Part shown: positions 50,301 through 59,302 of the stretch, one piece after another
Layout of the letters: each line of letters starts with the position of its first letter
Numbering within the stretch: the first letter of the stretch is position 1
Assembly: GCA_012517325.1 (NCBI GenBank)
Contig: JAAYVF010000093.1
Span: 39,707-103,706, forward strand
Reading direction: 5' to 3'
Origin: Myxococcales bacterium
GTDB taxonomy: Bacteria; Lernaellota; Lernaellaia; Lernaellales; Lernaellaceae
Length of the DNA: 64,000 nt
Position numbers and translations under genes: made by a program
Notes under the pieces: model-generated
What the model saw: only the letters and a program-made list of their open reading frames with translations
Told to the model about the DNA's origin: nothing
Database searches by the model: none

Positions 50301-50705
50301 GAAAACGCCGTCGCCGTTCGCGTCGTAGTATTCGCTGCCTTCGGGCAGGGGTAGTTCTCCCCGATTCAGGGAATATTTGTGAAGCAAATCGTCCGTGCCC
50401 CAAACGACGCCGCTGTCCAGCACGGCGATGACCACCTCGGGCGAACCGGTAGTCACCTGCCAGGCCCGGTCGGCGCTGACGCCCGAACCCAGCGGGATTT
50501 CCTCGGGGCGGATCGTATCGAGATAATCGTCGTTGATGTAGGAAAGCAGATACCAGCGCCCGGCGAAACCCGGATCGTCGGGCGGCGCCTCGCGCGGGTC
50601 CTGGTCCGGCCCGTTCGGCCAATTCGGGTTGGCGGCAGGAAGCAAAACCGGCCAAATGCCGATCGCGAGAATGACAAGGAAATAGTGGAACAGCCGGCGA
50701 CGCAT
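47343..50705 (-). CDS. Secreted subtilase (peptidase S8) with about 8 FG-GAP/VCBS-type beta-propeller repeats and a C-terminal poly-Asp/Asn tail
   Basis: Signal peptide. S8 motifs VIAVLDSGV (Asp), FGHGTGEA (His), SGASWA (Ser region). Repeats DLDGDGxxE / DMDGDGYLE. The last 59 residues run from DDDDDDDNDDN to GERGACGC. Confidence 0.7.
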   Translation of the reverse strand: MRRRLFHYFLVILAIGIWPVLLPAANPNWPNGPDQDPREAPPDDPGFAGRWYLLSYINDDYLDTIRPEEIPLGSGVSADRAWQVTTGSPEVVIAVLDSGVVWGTDDLLHKYSLNRGELPLPEGSEYYDANGDGVFNMLDYAADSRVYDVNDNNDLDPGDLIQLFSDGVDSDDNGYVDDICGWDFYQHDNDPHDDIYFGHGTGEAKMAAAEVNNGIEDSGVCPRCLILPVRVGDSFVADVNHFAQGVIFATDSGAQVVLEALGTINNTPFAREAVEYALAHNVSFAASAADENSYHHNYPATYGRTIHTNNVIPDQDLDKVTSFMALDACTNWGSKITVSGASWACSSGATGIMGGALGLIYSRAIEIDLDPPLSSAEVMGLVAMSATDVYRPEAAHNPFIYQSLPGWDKYFGHGRLNVRAAVDLVAPDTIPPEAYIETPAWYEIVGPAQDSISIVGYVDARRGRPYSYRLEAQVGLEPAADGWTVITQENYLSAPLAGELGIVDPNDFPMPQGKAISRDASDHYALLLRLVVDDSLGNEVLYYHQFFLYRDADWAGGFPRDLGGSGEASPLMADLTGDDIFELIVPSADGRVHAFRGDGTELPGWPAPMDYAPGQDPSVVNYLNSAAYRTGEMASDWRQSVLASPAAGDLDLDGTVEVVVASMDGELYVWKADGSLQPGFPVAMDPTHLNPEWKVDYGFMGSPVLVDLDPEPDDALEIVAAGMDQYVYAWRSDGSPVAGWPVLCRDSTGQEGTRIVTTPALAELDADGRPEIVVATNEKYDDYYGRVYALWRDGNDHAGGPFLPNWPVAPFGLEMDYLPYFGTGTPTSPVAADLDHDGYDEVMVHAGVLVPAVYDHNGELIRYMSPLVLGLQNGTIDPLMFTMNGNSSLADLDGSGRLAIIKSGLGLRQGLQLVFAGLRIPADSLVGAWYLDDGSSLRHFPRPFEDIQFVGENIVADLDGDGLPELIGGSGGYYLHAYNHLGDEPAGWPKFTGGWIISSPTVGDMDGDGYLEVAAVTREGYLFVWRTTGPADGNLQWTSHQHDPFNTGNYEFPLPEQNGPVDDDDDDDNDDNDDNNDNDNDNDDNDDNNDDNDDNDLADDDKNSAVPADDDDGERGACGC
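47400..47522. repeat. GAY-codon microsatellite including (GTCGTT)x3 hexanucleotide units, encoding the S8 C-terminal D/N tail
   Basis: gtcgttgtcgttgtcgttgttgtcgtcatt... read directly. Confidence 0.8.
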
Positions 50706-50995
50706 CGATACTTCCCCTGCGGAGTCTTTATCTCATGGTGTTTGCGAATATTTGGACGCAACTAGTTTAGCTATTTACGCAAAAGCGACAAGACAAAATT
50801 ATTTTTAACAATCGGGTGTCAATTATTGTCACTCCGGCGGCTGTTTGCTGCCCAATATTGACACATTCACGGATACGGCATCGTAAAATGATCGAAAAAT
50901 GCCGGTATTATCAAGGAGAAACAAAAAGTTTGGGAGGAAAACGCGCTCGGTATTCTTTTTGCAATCATTATCACGCGTGGAGGATTGGGTTGGTT

Positions 50996-51048
50996 GGTCG
51001 ATCCCCGCTGGTACTCGTTACCGACGGGGATCGACCCAGTTCTTTTTT
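50996..51048 (+). other. Orphan plus-strand intrinsic-terminator-like hairpin in the divergent intergenic region (possible sRNA 3' end)
   Basis: GGTCGATCCCCG-N17-CGGGGATCGACC is a perfect 12-bp stem (the loop contains a GGTA/TACC sub-stem), followed 6 nt later by TTTTTT. No plus-strand CDS lies upstream. Confidence 0.4.
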
Positions 51049-51183
51049 CTTGCCTCTTCGCTCGGTTTTGCAATGCCTTCCGCAGCCTGTCGCCTGGTTT
51101 TCTTTCCTCTTGGATTTCCAAACCTTTACCGCCTTTGCTAGTTGACTTGTCGGGACGGTGAAAAGTAAGATGCGCCGTTCTGT

Positions 51184-52311
51184 GTGAAAGCAACGAGGTT
51201 CGCTTTGCGATCAACCCATATCCTTTGGCTCCTGATTTTCAGCCTCTGCCTGCTGGCCGGCGCCGCCTGCGAGGAATTGCCCAGCTATGAAGGCGAGGGC
51301 GGTATTCTGGACAGCCCGCTGTCCTTGGCCGTGCACTGGCCTTATGCCTATGTGGCCAACGCCAATTTCGACCTTTCCGGCGATAAACGGGGTTTCATTT
51401 CGATCGTCGATCTGGAAACGGCGCTGGTGCGGCGCGACAAGGCGATTCTCGGCCACGTCAAAACCAAGCCGTTCCTCAGCAAGATCATTCTGAACGCCGA
51501 TGGCACGCGGGCGTACGTCGCCGAGCGGCGCAACAATTCGATCCGGCTGTTCGACCTGACCGATCCCGTTCACCCGGTGGAAATCGACGCCAATCCCGAC
51601 AAGGAAGGTGTGCAAGGCATCGGCGTCGGCCGGCAGCCGTACGGCCTGGCGTTGTCGCTCGATGAAAAGATGCTCTACACAGCCTGCATGAGCAGCGGCC
51701 ACGTGTCGATCGTCGATCTGGAAACGATGCAATTGACGAAAAACATCCTGCTTTCCTCGGGCATCAACGAATTGAAATTCGACCCGGCCGGAAAGTTCCT
51801 CTACGTGACCAACCGCAAATTCAACACCGTGACCCTGCTCGATGGCGCCTCCGGCAACATCGTCACTTCCTTCGGGATACCGACGCAAAGCAGCCTCGCC
51901 GGGTACGATTTCCGCGGACTGGATTTTACGCCGGACGGACATTACCTCTTCGTCGCCGTCAAAACGCCCAGCCGGTTGTTGATGGTCGACACCGAGAAAC
52001 TGCCGATGTACCCGACTCAGGCCGTCCTGCGCGAATTGCCGATGGACACCGGGCCGATGGGCGTGGCCGTGACTCCGGACGGCCGGGAAGCCTGGGTGAC
52101 GAACTACGAAAGCGAATCGATTCTCGCCGTCGACGCGCGCACGGGCACCTTGTTGAAGTCGCTGCCGAGCCGCCGCGGGCCGTCGGATATCCAGATTTTC
52201 GCCCGGCCTGAAGAACCGAATTACTATTACGCGCTGGCGGCGAATTTCAAAACTCACACGCTGACCTTGATCGATACCATGACCAAGGAAGTGATATGGT
52301 CGATCCCATGA
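51184..52311 (+). CDS. YVTN-family beta-propeller repeat lipoprotein
   Basis: GTG start. Lipobox LLAGAAC. Repeated about 40-aa units (YVANANFD...SIVDLET, AYVAERRNNSIRLFDL, LYTACMSSGHVSIVDLET, LYVTNRKFNTVTLLD, AWVTNYESESILAVD) resemble YVTN/LVIVD repeats. Confidence 0.6.
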   Translation: MKATRFALRSTHILWLLIFSLCLLAGAACEELPSYEGEGGILDSPLSLAVHWPYAYVANANFDLSGDKRGFISIVDLETALVRRDKAILGHVKTKPFLSKIILNADGTRAYVAERRNNSIRLFDLTDPVHPVEIDANPDKEGVQGIGVGRQPYGLALSLDEKMLYTACMSSGHVSIVDLETMQLTKNILLSSGINELKFDPAGKFLYVTNRKFNTVTLLDGASGNIVTSFGIPTQSSLAGYDFRGLDFTPDGHYLFVAVKTPSRLLMVDTEKLPMYPTQAVLRELPMDTGPMGVAVTPDGREAWVTNYESESILAVDARTGTLLKSLPSRRGPSDIQIFARPEEPNYYYALAANFKTHTLTLIDTMTKEVIWSIP

Positions 52312-53738
52312 AGCCGTGCCTCATCGCTTTACCGACACCCGCCCGGAAGCGCCCGACCGGGCTTTTCGTCCTGGCGGCGGGTTTGCTCATCCTGACCTTG
52401 CTGGCCGGCGCTTGCGGCGGCAACAACCAACAGGAAGAAGAAAAACGCAACTTCTACGGGCCGACCGAAATCGCTTTGCAGCCCTATCCGCTGCTGGAAA
52501 GCGGGCCGCTCCTGTTCGCGGTCAACAGTTGGGGCGGCAACCTGTCGATTCTCAACACCGAAAGCTACGAAATCATCAAGGGCTACGTTTCCGATCGTTG
52601 GGAAGAAAAAGCCCTCTGGGTCGGACCGGCGCCGCAGGATATCGCCATGACGCCGTCCGGCGATCTGGTTTACGTCACCGATGCGAACCGCGAAGCGGTG
52701 CGGATCGGCATCACCATCGAGCCTTGGACCATCGACCAGATCGACCTGGTGCTCGAACGCGCCCGCGTTTCCATCGTTCCCGCGCTGATCGACCCGGATG
52801 ACCTGACCACCTCCATTCCCCCCGCCTGGGAGGAACGCGGCGAGGTCTGGTTCGCCGATCCGCCCAACAGCCGTTTGGTGGTGTGGAGTCATTTTGAAAA
52901 CCGCGTGGACGGACAGGTGGAGCTGCCCAGCCCGCCGGTCGATTTGCAGGTCAGCCGGGACGGCGACGCGGTTTTCGTCATTGGCGAAGATACCGCACTG
53001 CGGGTGGTCGATGCCGTGACACGCCGGTTGGAAGACGTCGAAGTCTTCGTCGGTGGTCTGCCGACGCGGGTCGTCGAGAGCCCGGCCGGCGATGAAGTGT
53101 ACGTGCTGAATTCCAATCCGCCGCAACTGCACATCATCGACGCGCGCACCTGGCGGCAGGACGACCTGGAAATCACCTTCCGGGCCGCGTTGAACGACAT
53201 GGCCTTTTCCACCGACGGCGATTTCGGGTTCATCACCAGCGACGACGGCTTCCTCTATTGGTTCTATCGGGAACTGCATCGGGTTTGCGGCTCCTGGTAC
53301 GACAAACCGTATTTCTACGATTTCGGCCCGATCGCCAATCCGACTCTGGTCAACATCGAAACCGAGGATTGCCGCACCCACGAAGAGGAATGGAAAATCA
53401 CCTACCGGCAACGCGAAGACGACTGGGAAGTGGAAGGCTCAAAAAGCGGCTTGCAGATCAATCTGGCCTACACCGGCCAGTCGTACATTTCCGACCAGGG
53501 CGAGATCAAATTTCTGATTCATGCCGGTGATTACCACGAATCCGACGGCGACGCCTTCCGCATCTGGACGCGCGTCGGCAAGGAGCCGGTGCCGATGGGC
53601 GCGCTGCCGCGGGGCATCGCCATTTCGCCGATCATCGACGAACTCGGCGAGGACAAAGTCTTCGTCGCGGATCCCTCGACCAATTCGGTGACCCGCATCA
53701 TCACGGACGATACCGAAAACTTCAATACGATTGAGTAG
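52308..53738 (+). CDS. Second beta-propeller (YVTN-like) lipoprotein
   Basis: ATGA overlap with the previous gene. Lipobox LLAGAC. Repeats VYVTDANREAV..., VFVIGEDTALRVVD, VYVLNSNPPQLHIID, VFVADPSTNSVTRI. Confidence 0.55.
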   Translation: MKPCLIALPTPARKRPTGLFVLAAGLLILTLLAGACGGNNQQEEEKRNFYGPTEIALQPYPLLESGPLLFAVNSWGGNLSILNTESYEIIKGYVSDRWEEKALWVGPAPQDIAMTPSGDLVYVTDANREAVRIGITIEPWTIDQIDLVLERARVSIVPALIDPDDLTTSIPPAWEERGEVWFADPPNSRLVVWSHFENRVDGQVELPSPPVDLQVSRDGDAVFVIGEDTALRVVDAVTRRLEDVEVFVGGLPTRVVESPAGDEVYVLNSNPPQLHIIDARTWRQDDLEITFRAALNDMAFSTDGDFGFITSDDGFLYWFYRELHRVCGSWYDKPYFYDFGPIANPTLVNIETEDCRTHEEEWKITYRQREDDWEVEGSKSGLQINLAYTGQSYISDQGEIKFLIHAGDYHESDGDAFRIWTRVGKEPVPMGALPRGIAISPIIDELGEDKVFVADPSTNSVTRIITDDTENFNTIE

Positions 53739-53759
53739 CGAAATTCGGAATGTTCGGCA

Positions 53760-54392
53760 TCACGCAAACAAGTCGATTAATTGGCCGGTAACCGCCGCCG
53801 CGTTGCCGCTTTGGGTTTGTTCGGTGGCTTGACCGGTCGCCGCTACGTTGCCGTCCTGGGTTTGTTCGGTGGCCTGGCCGGCCGCCGTTGTCGAGCCATC
53901 GCCTTCGGTTTTTTCGGTCAGGATTTCCCGGTTGGCTTTGAGAATCTCGCGGCTGGCTTCGTTCGCCACGGCGCGATCCTGGGAAGAGGGGTCGGCCGGC
54001 GCCAACGCGGCCGCGCGGACGCGTTCCATTTTGCGCACGGTCGCTTCCGGATCTTTTTCCGGACTGACGCTGATGGCGACTTCGCCGCCGATCGCGTAGC
54101 GCTTGCCGTCGGGCCCGACCTGGTAGGTGTAACTGACGCCGCCGGTGATCCCCGCGCCGGCCGCCTTATGCGCCATTTCGTGCGCGCGGACCTGCCGGTC
54201 CCGCGTTTTCAACTCGGCGACTTCTTTTTTTTGTTCCGGGGTCAATTGATCGTTGGTCGTTTGGGCGGCGCCGTTCTTGGCCGTGGAGGAGGCGTTGCCG
54301 TTCGCCGCGGTTTTCTCGGTGGGCGGCGAGCCCTTAACCGCGTTGGTCAGGCCCGGGTAAAGACCGGATGCGCTGATTGATCGGATCGGCAT
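53760..54392 (-). CDS. HExxH-motif protein of the SprA-related family (function unknown)
   Basis: ELKTRDRQVRAHEMAHKAAGAGITGGVSYTYQVGPDGKRYAIGGEVAISVSP matches the conserved core I recall for the SprA-related (PF12118-like) family. GGAGG RBS 5 nt before the ATG. Confidence 0.5.
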   Translation of the reverse strand: MPIRSISASGLYPGLTNAVKGSPPTEKTAANGNASSTAKNGAAQTTNDQLTPEQKKEVAELKTRDRQVRAHEMAHKAAGAGITGGVSYTYQVGPDGKRYAIGGEVAISVSPEKDPEATVRKMERVRAAALAPADPSSQDRAVANEASREILKANREILTEKTEGDGSTTAAGQATEQTQDGNVAATGQATEQTQSGNAAAVTGQLIDLFA

Positions 54393-54440
54393 TAAACCTC
54401 CTCACATCCCTTATCGGTATTTCCGTATCGTACTGTAACA

Positions 54441-54467
54441 GAAAAAAGGCAGCGGGGAGAACGCTGC
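54441..54467 (-). terminator. Minus-strand intrinsic terminator / attenuator-like hairpin about 48 nt upstream of the SprA-related gene start
   Basis: On the minus strand: CGCTGCC-ttctccc-GGCAGCG... The exact reading is GGCAGCG-N7-CGCTGCC followed by TTTTTT. Confidence 0.55.
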
Positions 54468-55290
54468 CTCGACAATTGGGACGTCGGAGAAGAGGTAATG
54501 ACTTGCGTCGAGTGGGTTTTACTCCTTCGACTACTAGAAACCGACGATCACCCCTGAGTACTTTGAACAAACCGGCCAACTCAAGAAATCGATCGCTTTG
54601 CCCCCAAAACCTCTCACAATCATCCGGTCAAGCACTGTTGATTCATCGCCTGTCGTCAATTAGTGCATCGGAATCGCCTGGGTACTCCTGAAGAATATTT
54701 TCCACCCGGCCCAGCGTCGCGATTTTTTCAAAAAATCATCGTGAATTTCGGATATCTGAGATAATTAACAGGGAAAATCGTCGCTTGTCGACCCATTTTT
54801 ATGATGTTTTAAATTATTTACGCAACGATATCAATTAGTTGGCGAAACAGCTCCAAATTGGGCATCGGAATTGCAAAAATATTTATTGTCTTTATTCAAC
54901 CATTGAGTCGGCACCAATAAGCAGGTAGCGAGAGCTAAATTGTCGGATGTTTTCGCATCGGTTATCAGCCTGCGAAGGAAGAGGAACTTTGTCCATTTAT
55001 TGGTGACGACCCGATTTGATCGGGCATGGACGACGCCGTCAACGGCCATCCGGATGGGCCGAAAATGGGCGGCGAACTGCCAGATGATGATCCATCGGAA
55101 GCGGTCATTTTACCGCGCGGCTTCGCGGTCATGGAGCGAAATGCCGGGGCCGTCAAACGCTGGAGATCTCGATTCAATCGCCGCGGCAATGGATTTGCCC
55201 GACGAGGCGTCGAGTGATTGGAAAATCGGATTTTACGGATTCAACCCCGGCCGGTCTTTTCGATCGGTCGGGGACTTTCTTTAAAATCTT

Positions 55291-56478
55291 TCAGGGCCCG
55301 ACGGATGTCGGGACGCTCATCAACAATTCGGCCAGCCATTCGGTCAGAAATTTTCCGCCGACCGTCGTTTGGTAAAAACGTTGATCGGAAGTGAGGGCGA
55401 CATGGGACGCGCCTTCTACGTAATAGGTCGACCAGCGGCCGGTCGGCGCCAATAGATCGTCGCGCAGGGCCAACAAACCGGCGCGGTAATCCGCGGCCGG
55501 AATGATGTCCCCGCCGGTGCAGTGATTCATGCCGAAGGCGAAGAACTCGCGGATGGTCGCGTCTTCCATCGTGGAACTGAGGCCGAAGGTGCCGTTCGGG
55601 AAGGTCTCGGCCAGCCACGAATGCCAGCCGCTGAAGCCGTCGCCGTTGAGTTGGAGGCAATCGGGGCAGCCGTCCGCGACGACCGGGTCGGTATTCCAGA
55701 GCAAGCCGACCAGCAATTGCAGGCAGGGGCTTAGAACGTCATTGGATTCGAACAACGGGCCGGAATCGTCGAGCAGGGTGACCGGTACATTTTCGAACGC
55801 CCGCGCCAGATGAGCGTAATTGAGCATCACGCCGAAGCCGCCTGCGCTTTCGCCGGCGAGCAGCACTCGTTTCGCGTCCCCGAATTGTTCGTGCAGATGG
55901 GCGATGATCGATTCCATGTTCTGATAGCCGACGTACTGCTGCTTGCCGGCAACGCCCGGCGCGGTTCCATCGGGTTGGCTGCCGGAATGCAGATCGCCGG
56001 TGCAATAGGGCACAAAGGCGATGTTCCAACCGCCGACCGGATTTTCCGGGTTGGCCAGATTGTAGATGCCGTGGCTGCCTTCGCCTTTTTTCCAAATTTC
56101 GAGGTCCGTCGCGTCGAACTTCGCCGGATTATCCGCGCAACTTTTCGGATCGAAACAGGCGCCGCCACCTTGCAGAATCACCGCCAGGTTCTCGGATTCC
56201 GGGGCAAGCCGGATCGCGATGCCGGTTTCGGAACCGTCCCGGCAATACGTTCCCGCAATGGGCGTCCACACCCAATCCGTCGCCGCGGTATCGTCGTCGC
56301 CCGTATCATCGCCGGCGTCGTCGTCCGTCGATTGATCGTCGTCCGTCGTCTGATCGTCATCCGTCGCGTTGTCGGCCGAATTGTCGTCATTGTCATCGTC
56401 ATCGCCCGAATCGCAGGCGAGCCAACTGACTATCAGCAAGAGAACAAGGAACGCGAATCCCCGGCGGATGTTTTGCAT
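55291..56478 (-). CDS. Pectin acetylesterase / Notum-like (PAE family) alpha/beta-hydrolase lipoprotein with an N-terminal D/N/T-rich linker
   Basis: Lipobox VSWLAC. PAE-family motifs LQGGGACFDPKSC, YCTGDLHSG, LLAGESAGG (nucleophile GxSxG). The linker runs DSGDDDDNDDN...DDDTAATD. Confidence 0.65.
   Translation of the reverse strand: MQNIRRGFAFLVLLLIVSWLACDSGDDDDNDDNSADNATDDDQTTDDDQSTDDDAGDDTGDDDTAATDWVWTPIAGTYCRDGSETGIAIRLAPESENLAVILQGGGACFDPKSCADNPAKFDATDLEIWKKGEGSHGIYNLANPENPVGGWNIAFVPYCTGDLHSGSQPDGTAPGVAGKQQYVGYQNMESIIAHLHEQFGDAKRVLLAGESAGGFGVMLNYAHLARAFENVPVTLLDDSGPLFESNDVLSPCLQLLVGLLWNTDPVVADGCPDCLQLNGDGFSGWHSWLAETFPNGTFGLSSTMEDATIREFFAFGMNHCTGGDIIPAADYRAGLLALRDDLLAPTGRWSTYYVEGASHVALTSDQRFYQTTVGGKFLTEWLAELLMSVPTSVGP
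56278..56412. repeat. GAY/ACN codon low-complexity tract encoding the PAE lipoprotein linker
   Basis: cgtcgtcgcccgtatcatcgccggcgtcgtcgtccgtcgattgatcgtcgtccgtcgtctgatcgtc... read directly. Confidence 0.7.
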
Positions 56479-56560
56479 GAAAAGCCCTCGGCAGCTAATT
56501 TTCAGGAATTCTTGACCGAAAGAGGAAAAGTGTGCAACCTGAATTGTTCGGCAACCGTAA

Positions 56561-57895
<1,335 letters not shown>

Positions 57896-57982
57896 TCCCT
57901 TCATAATGCGACATTCGCCGATCAAAGACAGGATTCGGCCGGCCGTTTTGTGCTCGGTCGTTTCGATAGAAAAGGAATAGTC

Positions 57983-59284
57983 ATGCAGCTCCAGGAGCCC
58001 GGTGAGGCGCAGGTTTTCGATCTGGTTTTAACCGATTTACGGCTGGAAGCCGGCGCGGTCGTCGAGCCTTATCTCGTTCGCGGCTGGTGGTGGGGACCGA
58101 CCGAGGATCTGGCCGGTTTGAATCAATTGGCGATGGTTATGTCCGATCGCGAATACCGCTCCCGATCATGGCAGGTCGTGCGGCGGGATCGGATGGCGAT
58201 CGAGGATTGGCAACGAAAATTTTCCACCCGACGGCCCGCTCGATCCGCGGCGACTTTATCGGCTGAAATACCAACGATTCTGCTGGTTCATGCGTTGACC
58301 GGCGATATGCGTGCGGGCGGTCCCGGCGGTTGGTGGGATAGGGTCGTCGGCCCCGGAAAAGCGCTTGATCCGCGTCGCTACCGGCTGCTGTGCTTCAACC
58401 TTTTAGGCTCATGTTATGGATCCAGCGGACCGGCGGATGAAGGTTTTTCGCGTCGCGAGGATGATGATTTTCCGGCGCCGTTACCGGTTGCGAAAGGCAA
58501 TCATCTTTTGCCGGAGAACCTTCTGCCGGCGACGGTGACAACCTGGGATCAGGCACGCGGCATTCTGCTGGCGCTCGACGCTTTGGGGATCGACCATCTT
58601 TATCTGGCGGCGGGCGGTTCGCTGGGCGCCATGATCATTTTGTGCCTGGCAGCGCTGGCGCCGCACCGGATCGCGCGGATCATGCCCATCGGCGCCGCCG
58701 ACCGCGCCACTTCGTGGGTCATCGGCTGGAACCACGTGCAGCGCCAGGCAATTTTGCTCGATTCGAATTTCCCGGCCGATCCGCGGCGCGGCGTGGAACT
58801 GGCGCGGCAGATCGGCATGCTGACCTATCGGGCGGAAGAGGGCACGGAACTGCGGCAAGGACGGCAATTGGCCGGGTTGCCGGACGGCGAAACGGGCTGG
58901 TCCTCGCGAGCGCCTTATCAGATCCACACCTATTTGGAGCACCAGGGCCAGAAATTGGTCGATCGTTTCGACAGCGGATCCTACCTGGCGCTGCTGGGCG
59001 CGATGGATCACCACGATATCCGCCGCCGGCCTTCCTGGGCGGCCGAACCCGAACCCTGGGGTGAATCCCGCATTCGCGCCAGCGCGCTGTGCGTGGGCAT
59101 CGACAGCGATCAACTGTTTTTCCCCGCGGCCATTCGCGCCTTGGCCGAGCGGTTGAGCGCCCAGGGCGGTCACGGAGAATATCGCGAGTTGACGACGCCC
59201 TTCGGCCACGACGGATTTTTAATCGAAACCGATAAAGTAAACGAATTGATGAAACGGGCCGTGGAGTTGCCGGCGCCGCGCTGA
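57983..59284 (+). CDS. metX: Homoserine O-acetyltransferase (alpha/beta hydrolase MetX type)
   Basis: ILLVHALTGD and AAGGSLGAM (nucleophile elbow) plus the C-terminal His region; classic MetX. Confidence 0.85.
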   Translation: MQLQEPGEAQVFDLVLTDLRLEAGAVVEPYLVRGWWWGPTEDLAGLNQLAMVMSDREYRSRSWQVVRRDRMAIEDWQRKFSTRRPARSAATLSAEIPTILLVHALTGDMRAGGPGGWWDRVVGPGKALDPRRYRLLCFNLLGSCYGSSGPADEGFSRREDDDFPAPLPVAKGNHLLPENLLPATVTTWDQARGILLALDALGIDHLYLAAGGSLGAMIILCLAALAPHRIARIMPIGAADRATSWVIGWNHVQRQAILLDSNFPADPRRGVELARQIGMLTYRAEEGTELRQGRQLAGLPDGETGWSSRAPYQIHTYLEHQGQKLVDRFDSGSYLALLGAMDHHDIRRRPSWAAEPEPWGESRIRASALCVGIDSDQLFFPAAIRALAERLSAQGGHGEYRELTTPFGHDGFLIETDKVNELMKRAVELPAPR

Positions 59285-59302
59285 TCAACGACGGAGACGA
59301 AG

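Noticed and set aside
50990-51050. GGTCGATCCCC-containing segment considered as a tRNA T-arm or tRNA fragment (possible integration-site remnant).
   Set aside because: No acceptor, D or anticodon stems can be folded around it. The motif is simply one arm of a long perfect inverted repeat (the terminator-like hairpin).
50816-51145. 109-aa ORF (+), and an internal 85-aa ORF starting at ATG 50887, considered as a small protein gene.
   Set aside because: The region is AT-rich with codon usage unlike neighbouring genes. There is no convincing RBS at the proper spacing. The strong hairpin plus T-run terminator structure lies inside the putative coding sequence.
54940-55284. ORFs 54940..55284 (+), 55026..55217 (+), 54965..55189 (-) and 54831..55049 (-) in the 900-bp gap.
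   Set aside because: They overlap one another. They have no RBS and no signal peptide, and their Arg/Ser-rich composition marks them as random high-GC frames. The region is better explained as a long leader or UTR.
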